Assembly (NCBI GenBank): GCA_002633005.1
Contig: NMRA01000409.1
Span: 62,001-126,000, forward strand
Direction: 5' to 3'
Source: Phoronis australis
Lineage: Eukaryota > Animalia > Phoronida
Length of the DNA: 64,000 nt
Shown here: positions 39,932-51,518 of the stretch, one piece after another
Position numbering within the stretch: the stretch's first letter is position 1
Layout of the letters: every line of letters starts with the position of its first letter
The notes under the pieces: generated by a model
Databases searched by the model: none
Seen by the model: only the letters and a program-made list of their open reading frames with translations
What the model was told of the DNA's origin: nothing
Program-made: the position numbers and the translations under genes

Positions 39932-41445
39932 CGGTTGCGTTACCTGACACCTGACGGCAGACGGAGGTGTTGAAATTATCCAACGACGTCATCGGTTTCA
40001 CACGCAGTCTGTTCAGCAGTTCACAACACGGGTTACTGGTGTCAGCTTATCGCTTGAAGTCATCGTTTAACACTAATAAATCATCAAATTTCGATATAAA
40101 ACCCTTGAAAATACACCGAGTTCTTATAAAAACGTGTTGTTTTATTTCGCTCTTACGGAAACATTGGTACTTGGAAACACCGTAGCTTACAAAGTTCGAC
40201 AGGCCAATAAGGTCCGTAGCAGGAGTTTGGGGTCTGTTCGGAGATAATTTCGAAGTATTTTCCGTAAGATACACACAGGAGAGCTTAGATCTGTGTTGTT
40301 TAGACTAGTGATTTTTTGAGTTCTAAACACAAAACGCTTGTTCAGTATCCCGGCCAGTGGCTCGGAAACTGATCAGACATCACGAAAATAAACCAGCCAA
40401 AGTTCAGTGGAAACTAAACTTCCAGTCAAGAAAATACTATACTAGTGAGCCAAAGTAATGTGCACGTGATTATAATGGTGAATTAGCCACGAAACTGCAA
40501 ATCTACTTACTCTTCGGGGGCCGCGAATTCAGCTTCCGCTTTGGCCACAGCACCGTCAGGGCAGAAGTTGTACATTAACAATCATTATTTGAGTAATGTA
40601 AATGTAAATAAAGATTCCCCTAACACCTGGCCGTGGGATGGAAATCGAGTTGTTTTACCACAGTTTCTGCCAGCAAACACTAAATTAGCATGTCCCGTCA
40701 ATTAGTTTTATTGCACATAAAGCCGGTAACGCAGTGATTTATTCATTGCTGGCTTCTCAAATCATTTGCACTCACGAACACTCCAAAGGCATTACAAATT
40801 GCTTCTAATGAGACAGACTTTGTTTCACTTTATATAAGTATTGGTTTGGGTGAAAATAATTCATTTTGAAACAGAACGCTCAGTAATAAACGCCAACACG
40901 GCAGCTTGCAATCCCGACTTAGGACGAGCTAGCTAGCTCATCAGTCCCGATCGTGGATCGTTAAGTTTTACAGGCTATCAATTCGAACAGGAATACAGTG
41001 ATGAAGAAATACTAGAGAGGCGCCGTGTGAACAAGCTCAGACAACGGAACGTATGGAGTTATTTGGTAAGCTGGCATTAGTTCGTCAGGCACTGTCGACG
41101 TTTGCAGGCCACAGACACGGAGATGTTTCACGGCCTCAGCGTACATTTCATTCTTCACTACCATGAGCCACTTCCTAAGCATTTCGTACTCTCGAGGAAG
41201 TAAAAACAATGAAATATCCGCTTTCCTCGCAGCTGCTTAGTTCGGACAAGCGGGAACGATGCACCGCAACATAGCGGCATTCACTCTACATATCAACCAC
41301 TGACGTCGCTAGCGTCGTTTCTCACCGTCCTCACAGGTTAACGCGACACCTCTTGGCAAGGTAAGGTCGACCGTATGCGAGGCGATGTAGATATAGACCG
41401 ATTATGACGGCAAAAAAGACTAATTAAATCGGGTGGCATTCTCCT
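39932..41445 (-). mobile_element. Kolobok-type DNA transposon, deleted copy A (left end lost at N39931)
   Basis: Right end GGGTGGCATTCTCCT|TTAA is identical to that of copy B. Collinear homology with 49217-51658. Carries THAP and KolX-like remnants. Confidence 0.8.
41012..41272 (-). pseudogene. THAP zinc-finger transposase N-terminus remnant (copy A)
   Basis: MLRCIVPACPN*AAARKADISLFLLPREYEMLRKW...HLRVCG. Premature TAA and loss of the final His; homologous to 51171-51518. Confidence 0.75.
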
Positions 41446-42302
41446 TTAAACGAACTAGTCATTTGGGCAACACACAAACGTATGAGACACTTGCTTGCTA
41501 ATCTTATTTTGGTTGTACGTGACTAGATTTGAAAAAGCTTTCTCTCGCTCTTCCTTGAGGTTGCTTTATTTTTTTTATGACGAGTTAAGAAATAACAAAG
41601 TCACTAATTACTTCCCCATTCGATTTAATTACATTGACCGGTATTTATATCAGCCTTTGGAAACAACTATCACGACAGACATTTTGCTAAATCAATTTCG
41701 CTAATGCAGCTGCAAAATCTGTTGCTCAATGGACTATATATTAAGAACAAACAAAAGGTTTATTTTTTGGTACTGCATGTAATTCCGTAGCTAGGTATCA
41801 TAGTATGTTAAACGTTAGGTATGCCGTAAAAACTTTCGGGGTCTCGTGAATCACGGAATGCAGCCACAGTGGGTGGTATGAAGTCATTATCATCGACATT
41901 TCGCCCTCGTTCCAACTTCCTCCTCGAAATCGGCTTCGTGCAATCCGAAAATACAACCAAATACCTGAGTGTACTGAATCCTGTCATGTGAGTTTACTAG
42001 CCTGATACTCGTCGCTTCAGTGGTGTGTATTAATTTATACGAAATGGAACCTAATTCCGAGTGCAGAACATGCGGACAATGAGACACTGAAGTAAATGCA
42101 CTACCGTTACCTAGAGGACATCACCATGGAATTAAATGTAAAAGAGAGTTGTTTTGATAAGGGGACTATTCTGTGCCCATGTTGGTAGCCCTGTTGCGGA
42201 TTTAAGAGGGGGCAAGGGGGGCATGGCCGCCTTAAGTTAAAATTTTCCCAGATTCCATTTGGTAGTTCGGGGGTGCGAATGTCTGGAGTTTATAATCCTG
42301 GC

Positions 42303-42304
42303 TA

Positions 42305-42368
<64 letters not shown>

Positions 42369-42853
42369 ACTTTATTTATTATTTATAGAGCTGGGATAAA
42401 ATGCAATAGATATAAAACCTGCTTTAGCTTTTTCATGGTATATACATAGCAGTGACAAAAAGGAGGGACAACTATGACGACCACAGGTACATGTAACTAA
42501 TGAGCTGGTGTCTGAAATTATCATAACGGTCAACCTCCCTTAGACTATTTGGCAAATTGTTCCACTGTTGAATGGTCTGAATAAAGAAGGACTTAGAATG
42601 AAATGAAGTTCTGGGCTTAGGCAAAACCAATATGTTTGAGGTAAAAAATCTTGTCCTGATTCGGTGGCTATTTCGAACAAGTACAAGGTTACGAGATAAA
42701 TACGTTGATACATTATTGTGAAAACACTTGTACATCATACACAGACGCCTAAATATAAGATATTTGTCAATAGGGAGCCACCTCAATCTATCAAACATAT
42801 GAGTTGATGGAGGGTCAAAAGGTACACCTAGAACAAGTCTGGCCGCCTCCCCT
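42303..42853 (-). mobile_element. CR1/L2-clade LINE 3' end (ORF2 C-terminus, AATAAA and TTA/TCA microsatellite tail)
   Basis: AARLVL...LRWLPI...RRLCMMYK...YL...SHRIRTR...LVLPKPRT...KSF...QWNNLPNSLRE is the typical CR1/L2 post-RT C-terminus. Tail repeat at 42303-42368. The 5' side is cut at N42854. Confidence 0.85.
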
Positions 42854-43614
42854 NTGGATTCGACCCTGCAGTCAACCAGCCTTAATTGGAATGTCAAGCA
42901 TGACGTCGTTTTTGGACTCAGAGTGACGGCATGTCTATTCTTAGTTCCGGGTCCAAATTGCGTCATTTACTGCCATGACACGTCATCACTAAACATCCGA
43001 ACTGCTAAGTTACTCGACCTCTACGACCAATCTTGAGCCGATGTAATGTATCGGAGCCGTCTGGTGTGGTATACCTATACTAGAATAGTACCCGAACATA
43101 GACATTGGTCATAGAAATGACGTTGAGTAAATTAGCAACGAAGGCTTGCCCTCCAAACAATTGCAAGGGTACAGATAGGTAACCTCGTCACAATAGCTTT
43201 GTTATATTTTTAATTACAGCCATGTTCATCTTCGCTAGGTAATAGCAAGACTTTGATAATATCACTATCCCAGTACCTTCTCACTTAACATTTCAAATAA
43301 TGCAGTCCTTACAGTCAGGAACTTGACTGTATGTTGCGCTAGCACGTAGCCGACCGTACAGCGCTCTGGAGGCTGGAACGAATACATGAGCCAATTCACC
43401 TGGTTTCCAATGCGCGTGGACGGGAGAGCAAGGTCGATTAAACCGATATGTTTCAAATGACATGGACTGGATTGTTAAATGGTTTCAGTTATGCAATAAC
43501 TAACATTTTCAGGATTCTCAAAAATCTACTTTTCTTTCTGAGAACCTGTAATGCTCAATTTTGGAACGCATTGTAAGAGCTACATGTCGATATAAATCCG
43601 GGTACTTTGCAAGA

Positions 43615-43773
43615 CCGGTGATCAGTCGTCATAGGTGGCGCGACCGTTTCGTCCAAATATCGGTTAACGTCTAGAACTGTCACGCAACGTGTCGTGGAAA
43701 TCGACGACATTTCTGGAGTGCGCTCAAAAATAGTTCGGCAAAGGTACAATTTACGAGAAAGGAGAACAAAAGT
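43615..43773 (+). repeat. Old dispersed repeat, homologous to 28690-28850
   Basis: See the partner copy; shared peptide VRQRY[DN]LRE. Confidence 0.65.
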
Positions 43774-44879
43774 TCTTAACAGCACAGTATTGACTCCCTT
43801 ATCTGGAAATGTCACGTCAATTGAAGGAATAATACTTCCGAGCATTTGGCGGCAACTGGATACTTTCCCAAGCAAGTGTTTGTGTAAATTATTTACATCT
43901 CATTCATGTAGTGTACCAAAGAATACATCCGTCGACGAGTCAAGAAAAAGTCCATTGTGAGTGTTTGAAAATAACCTTTGAGTTATTAGATAACACGTTG
44001 CAATCCCAGATAAAATGAGATATATTCTCTGTTTGTTTTTTACAAAATGTGCAAAGAACTGACTCTTGGACACCACCTTTGACCAGAAAGTCGTTTGTGG
44101 CGACAATGCGATGACGGAAATTTATCTGAAACCACTTTAATCTCGAATCATCAGTAAAATTATGGCAGCAATCATTATCATCATTCCACCATTCAGAGGA
44201 ATCAAGAACGTCATATGGTCATTCCCGCCTTAGCTCATGTGTTGAGTTCTTTATAAATGCCTTACGAAGACATTAGAAGATCAATTAATTTGAAATATAA
44301 ACCTTTATTCGCAACATTTTGCTGATGTCTTTTGGAAATTAGGAAGGCTTACATGAAACTCCATATCTTTGGAATCTTTGTTAGAATGAAACATTGCGCG
44401 CTTAAGTTCATAAAAATCGTAAATGGCGGAGAGAAGCCTTACCTACTACATAATGATGCGTAAGACTATGAATAGGTGCGTCAGAGTCACGCCAAACATA
44501 AATATTAGTAATACCTCCATAGACCATCACTTATGAAATGTTTTTGCCGCATTAACAGTTACGTTGATGTTATTATATTGTACCTGTTTGGCTGATATTG
44601 AATTCATTTTTTTCATCCTGGTCAGTGTTATGGATCGGCAAAATAAACAAACACTTCAGACCAAAACAATTTGCCATTTTCTGTAAAACTGTATCGCAAA
44701 AAGCACCTCCCAAATGTACAAAGCTAAAGCTACACAACACACGGTGTTGCAGTAGCTATTCTTTCCAAAAACATCATTGGTTGAGCTAAATGTACGTCTG
44801 TGGAACCTAGACAGCTTACGACATTTTATAGAATATCCAATGTAAATAGTTTTACAAATCGGAAACACATTAGTCCAAG

Positions 44880-46780
44880 ACGTTAAATTGATAGTCAGGA
44901 TGACAATGACAAAACAAGGGGCAAATGAACTAGCCTACGTAGCAAGAGAGAGTTAAATACAGTAATTCTGCAAAGAGGCGTTCACGATTTTATAGCCCTT
45001 GTCATTATTTCTCTTTAAATTCCAATTATATTTTCGTAATACGTGTAGATTAGTTCGACAATGTCAAATAGATAAACGCTTAAGTCAATTCCCAAAAGGG
45101 GGAAGCATGACATCGGAGAAGAAAGAAAGTTCAATATCTGAGCATAGACGAGGATTACTAAGCTCGTTTGCACCAATCTACACAAAATGCGTCTTCCATA
45201 TATTTATGGAATTAGTCTAGAGGATCACGTGACTTATTTAATCTGTGTAATTGGCACAACGGCAATTTTAAGGAGAAACATACTGTGCCAACATACACAG
45301 GTTTTGGTCTAAACAAAATGCAAAGACGAGAGATAAAAAGGCAAACCAAAAAACACAATTCAACATCTAATGCAGTACATCTCCGTTTTGCTGCATGGAC
45401 TAGAATCTTGGCCACATTGATTATGACATTAATATATTGTGAACTCTTCAAGCAACCAAAAGCATGTGGTACGTCTGCTAAAGCAACCGGAATGCTAAAT
45501 TTACATGGAAGGTCCACATACACAAAGGGCGTACTATCAAGAGATCTTTTTCAAAGACTAATTTGAGCCATCGAAGCAGAAAAACATGCAATCTGCATAT
45601 TGGAAGCGTTGAGTTCTCTGTTACCAATTTTGACACCCTTAATAATGTTGTTATTCCTAAACATGATAAACATGATTTTTGCACACAAAGTGAATAAATA
45701 TCACTGGGTCACCTTGACGACATCCTCGGCTAAATGGAACATATTCGGAGATGAATCCGTGTTGATTCACACTAAGGCTAGCTAGCTTCATTGTTCAACA
45801 AACAGGCCAACTGAATTAGACAGTGTCCTAAATTGAAAAAAAAACTACAAAGTCGTAAATGAAGTTTCAGGTTACAGAATCAAAATCTCTTTCAGAGTCA
45901 ACCAACATCAACAGAGCTGTGACGTCATGACTGTCCGCGCAATGCATGAGATCGAAATTGGTCCTGCTGTTTTCGCGAATTAATCTCTGAATATTAAAAC
46001 CTGTTTGAACTTTGCTACAACAATTTTGATGCGGCGAGCAATACAGCGCGATAATCTTTTGCAAGAAAATATGTCTCCATTTCCCCAGTCATTCTCTAAG
46101 TTTATTCCTCTTAGCAATAAGAGCAACAACACCTGGGTTTTAGCTGGCCGGAAGGGACCCGAGTCGAAAGCTATCATTAAGGAGGACTGACGTCATCCAA
46201 ACATAAATAATTCAACTGAGAATCCATCAGGCCCTGGCGCTTTTTCATTTGTTATGTTTTAGAACTCATTCTGTTTCAAAAATGTCATGGGGTCCTTCAG
46301 ACTATCGCTTGCAGTGCCTGTTAATTCGTTCATACGTTTTCGATTTTTAAGACGGGTGTTAGGGTCAACACCATTCAAACAGTTGTCTCTGGACTTCTAC
46401 AGATCTTCATAGAGATCCGTAACAGTTAAAAGCTCAGCTTTAGGTCAGTTACGACTCCATTATCCGAGGAAATTAATTTTGATATATTTTGCTGACGTAA
46501 TTTCTCTTTTTCCAAGCTGAAAAGTATTTGTTATGTCTTTTATGTCTTTTGCCTTGTTCTGCCCATTTGGCTCTTGACCTATGGAATTGTTCTGGCATTA
46601 GGGTTTATCGATATTCTTCTAGTTCTCTGTTTGTATCGTCCAATAGTTGGTCGATGTCTAATAGCAAATCAAATTCAGTCAGTAGGAGCAAGCGTTCGAT
46701 TTTATTTTTTAAAGTTTTTATTCCTTCTTTGATTGCCGACTTCTTCTTTTGAAAAAATGTATTTTTATCTAATACAAAAA
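44880..46780 (-). mobile_element. Decayed L1/Tx1-clade LINE ORF2 (reverse transcriptase region)
   Basis: Ordered motifs on the minus strand: RSRAKWAEQG (~46550-46580), NEKAPGPDGFSVEL (~46208-46249), QTGF...RENSRTNFDLM...LVDSERDFDSV (~45870-46010), RGCRQGDP (45705-45728), QYAD (45591-45602), RITVFNSLLLRRLVHL (~44920-44970). Many stops and frameshifts; boundaries approximate. Confidence 0.85.
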
Positions 46781-49700
46781 ACAAGAAATCGTTTGTAACA
46801 AATTAGGCCTTCTTCGATTTCATTACACTGATATTTTCTCGGATATGAGAAATGACAGCAGGTTCTGAGATGACCTCGAATTTTACACGTTGAACTAGGT
46901 TATCGTTACTTTCAGGTTTAAAATACTATAAAGAATACGTATAACACCGTTTGTTTGGTTGGCTAGTGTTACGCTGTGCATTAATGCATTAATCTAAGCA
47001 TCATATAAGCAGTATATGTACGACAAAAAGTACACAATCTGAATGACGAGTTTTAAACCATTTAACACCGTCCCAGTGTACACAGAGACTGGGTTGCCGT
47101 CACAAAACAGACATCAGCAGTTCATTGTGATGCAGTCCCCTTTGGGGAGGAACCTGCCTTCGTTGCTATGTTACTCGACGTCATTTCTATTTCCAATCAT
47201 GAGCCAGAATAGACCTGAGCCGTCTAGTCTCTAGGTATTTGCCTTTAACGTAGATCGTGAATGTACGAAGCCTTAAATCCCTAGAAACTTTCTTGTTCGT
47301 TTTGATGCCGAGAAAACGCACGAATTGGCTCTGTCGTTAATACATGTCCCCCAGTCTCGCCAAGAGCAACGGACGTTCTTCCCGGTGAATCTTATTGGCT
47401 AATTAATAATAGATCACTGGTGAGGCTAACTTCCGATGTCACAAGGCTTGCAATAACTGCTTACGTCACTGCTTTTCCGTTCGTAGGCAAGAGAAAGTCT
47501 CTACCACTCACACTTTTATCATAAGAGGTTTATAGGAGAACAGAACGTTACCAGTTAAAGAAACTCTCTGGGAGAGATGACGGTACCACTTTTAGGCAAT
47601 CCATCTGAGTTGCGTATTCCACGAAAATCTACAGGTTTTTCAACCTAATTAGACGACAAAAATGAGGATTCCTTCTTCATTAGCGACTATAGAGTTTACC
47701 ATCACGATACCTGACAGTCACCTGTCAACAACCAGTAATTACGATTAAACTACATGCATTAATTACCGCTACCTCAGAAGTCGAAGAGCACTTCGGCGAT
47801 GACCGTAAACGAGCATTTGACCGCCTACTGGGCGCTGCAAACGACACACAGATAGATAAAGGGTATTTTTAATTGATTTTGCGTAACAAAATTCCCGTCA
47901 CCTAACTTGCCTTCACGATAAATGTAACCGTGTCTCCACAACTGCAGTGGTAAGTTAACACACTGGTTCTAAAAAGAAAACCAACATGAATAGTCGACAA
48001 TTGGCGATGACATTCTCTGTAATGAAAGCCTCATGAGTTTCCATATTTTGCGACACTTGGTGAACTCGTAATCATATTTTATTAAAAACGAGGCTAACTT
48101 GTCGGCCTACGTACAGAATCAAAGTGTGTGAATACTGCAAAAGTTACGCCATGCTTTCTTGCAATTTCAGTACATGACATACTTGTTCAGAATTTCAGTT
48201 CGCTCTTACGGGCATGAAACTGTAAAAAATTAAGGTTATCAAAGCAAACCTTGGCAATCTCACTAACAAATGGACTTCCGTCATTAGTTCTATTGATCAT
48301 GCGAACGCACAGCGTTAGTGAACAAGTTTGCAAAAGGCAATTACTTCAGTTGAGTATTTACAGGAAATGGTCCCTCGCTTCCAGTTACATTTTAGTTTAA
48401 GTTGCTTCATACAAAGCGTGCGGGAAGTCAAAAACGGAAGCGAGAGGTGACATATCCTCAAAAGCGCCATTTACGTACGAAATATGCCACCTTATTCAGT
48501 GGGATTAATGCGGTAAGGAATCGATTTAATGGCTGGACTCCTGAGCTACTCAAGCAGACCTCTAACTCTAACGGCAGCACTAGATTTTGCAAACAAGGAT
48601 ATCTCTAATTATGTTCACGATAAATGCAAAGGTATAGTCTTAGAAGCAGAGATGGTGAGTGCTGGAGAGGCAACACACAACGCTTTCAGCCGCTACAAAG
48701 CGCATTCTCTGTGCTTAAAAAGTCCTTGTAGCACACGTTTTAACCTTTATTAAAAGGTTAGAAGACGTTATAAGGAACCAAGCAGTACCTATCCCATAAC
48801 GAATACAGAACTCGTAATCGATGAAAGTTCAATTGACCATGCCAACCAGGATTCCGACAGAAGAACACATTTCAAACTAACTCATTCAGGAACCCAGGAT
48901 CAAGAACTCCTACTGTACGACTGTAACAGTGCCTGTTACCACTCTGCAAACCGGGATAAAATAAATGACAGCGGACCTTAAATTTAATTACACCACAACA
49001 GGGACAATCTGCATTGAAACTGTTGACAAAATAGAGCAAATGAGTTTTGACCGAAATTATTTTCCCGGACTCGGACCAGCAGCCGATGACCCGGTGCAGA
49101 CCAAAACCAGCACTAGCGAAAGGCGATGACATCCACCCGTTTCAAATGCCGTAACACCATTCAAGAGTCTATTGAAGGAGAATTCCACCCAAAAAACCAC
49201 TCGATAACAGCAAGGACGGTTCTTTTACCTAACAAAAGATGGTAGACGGAAGTGTTGAAATTAACCAATGACGTCAGAGGTTCGAACGCAGTCTGTTCAG
49301 CAATTCACAACACACTTACTGGAGTCAGCGTATCGGTTGAATGCATCGTTTTACACCAAAAAATCAACAAAAGTCGATGTAAAACCCTTACAAATACATC
49401 GAGTTAGTGAACAAATGTGCTGTTTTTTTTCGCTGTTACGGATTTATAGGTATTGGAACGTACCGTAGCCTACAAAGTTCAGTAGGCCAATTTACCAAGG
49501 TCGGTCGCGGACGTTTTGGTCCCTGTTCGGTGATAAATTCGAATTATTCGTCCGTGAAATACAGACAGGGGAACATAGCTGCGTGCTGTAATTTTGGACC
49601 TGCGATTTTTTCAGTTCTAAACACACAAAAACGCTTGTTATTTCAGCCAGTGGCTTGGAACCCGATTAGGCCCGTCGCGGCCGACCTGAAGACATCACGA

Positions 49701-50674
49701 GCATAAACTAGCCAAAGTTAGAAACTTGATTTCTAGTCACGAAAAGACTATACTAGTGAGCCAAACAAATAATGTGCACGCGATTATTTTGATGAATTAG
49801 ACGCAAAACTGCAAATCTACTTACTAGTTCGTCCGGGGCCGCGAGGTCAGGTTACCCTTCCACTGCAAAACCGCCAGGGCAAAAGTTGCACAGTAACAAT
49901 GATTCGAATAATGTGTATGAATATCTAAATAAAGATTCCCCGAACATCTGAACATAAGATATACAATCGAGATATTGTTTCACAACAGCTTTCTGTCAGC
50001 AAAAACACTGAATTAGCAAGCGCTCACACGGCCAACATGTGAAGAATTTCTCGCTTACACTGGTGACCGCTCTGATTCCCTAAGCCCCAGACAACTTTTA
50101 CGATGCCTATTCAGCACGCCCTTTGTATTGATGTAGATCTGAGCTAATGAAGTGGAAAGGTACATCGCTAGCATTAGTGTCTCAACAATGGTTGTTGTTA
50201 GTAACCCCAATTTGGTTTTCTCTGACATTTGCAGAGTTATAGCCTGCAACTCTGGAGAGTAGTTTTAACTTGGTGCATTATAAATATTACACAAATGACT
50301 TAAAAGGTTAACTTGTGTTTGTCTTCACAAAGGACCACTTCCCAAAAGAACGATAAGTTTCATATTGGTTTTCTTTATTTAATTTTTAATGCTTGTGCCC
50401 ACTTGTTTTTTTTTTTACCGGGAAGGGGTTGATAATTTTTTATCTAAGTTTTAAACTTGAAGTACCAAAACAGTGGTAGATTTGAAGGACGAGCGGTGAA
50501 AATTCCCGCATATCATTAGAAATGCGTGACTTCCTTGTATTAAGCGTATTATTCACGGTATGAATGTGCCCGGTCAATTAGTTTATTGCATCTTTGTTTT
50601 AGTTTTATGTAAGCAGTTGCTTCGGGTGAGAATAATTCATTTTGAAATATAGTGCACAATAATAAACGTCAAGC

Positions 50675-51065
50675 GTGGCAACTCACAATCCCGACTTAGA
50701 CGAGTGCTCATCCGACGAGGACTTCACCGGTCGACCGTTAGGTTTCACAAGCTATCAGTTCGAACCGGAATTCACTGATCAAGAAATACAAGAGAGGCGC
50801 CGTGAACATGCACAGACAACGGAACATATGGATAGTTCCGAAAACCGTTTGAATGGTTTGTCATGGTGTCAGCGAGCAAACTGCACGATAATGGGAACAA
50901 CTGACGCTTGCGTTTGTTGCCACGAAATTCCGCAAGTGAAACGGACCATCCTGATTTTGCACCGCATCTAAACAGAAGTCTGCTTACGACGTTTTGGGGA
51001 CTGGGAAAAAGAACTGGCAAAAACACCCTACACCCAGAGGTCCAAACAGAAGCCTGACGAACGAG
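50675..51065 (+). pseudogene. KolX / P2X7 cytoplasmic-ballast-like Cys-cluster protein, N-terminal part
   Basis: YQFEPE...NRLNGLSWCQRANCTIMGTTDACVCCHEIPQV, then after a frameshift TDHPDF...LNRSLL, ending at a GTAAG donor-like site. Matches the PYxFEP...WCxCxxCxxM...CxCCxE...CITxHxxF pattern, with one Cys changed to Arg. Start codon is GTG. Confidence 0.75.
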
Positions 51066-51170
51066 TAAGGCATCCAACAGGATATAACTATAAAACGTTA
51101 TGTTCTCATGCCTTGAATTAATTGTAATTGTTAACTTTATGTTTCCATGGCCAGCTACAATTCTCCATAA

Positions 51171-51518
51171 TCAAAAACTGACCAACAACCGATGCGCGTT
51201 GCTTTGTCTCCTGCCTACCGAACCAAAACACACTTCATTCTCAGTCTCTTTTTCTGCCCTGGCATGAGCTGTTTGGTCGGCCGGCATTCGATTGTCAGTG
51301 AAATCACTGTTGACGAAATGACGGCCACAGACATGGAGAAGTTTCACGGCATCATACTTAATTGGTATTACGGGGTACTTTTCATGATTCACTATTGCGA
51401 ACCACTTCTGAAGCATTGTGTGCTCTCGAGGAAATCGAAAAAACGATATACCTGCTTTCCTCGTAGCTTCATAGTTCGCACAAGCGGGAACGATACACCA
51501 CTCCAGAGCGGCATTCAC
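51171..51518 (-). pseudogene. THAP (C2CH) zinc-finger transposase N-terminus (copy B)
   Basis: CIVPACAN...GISFFRFP...LQKW...VCGRHF...DF contains the THAP signature C-x4-C...P...W...C-x2-HF. The ATG of copy A is CTG here. Truncated after the domain. Confidence 0.85.

Noticed and set aside
42855-42966. N-terminal part of ORF 42472-42966
   Set aside because: Lies beyond N42854 and shows no LINE similarity; probably a chimeric join.
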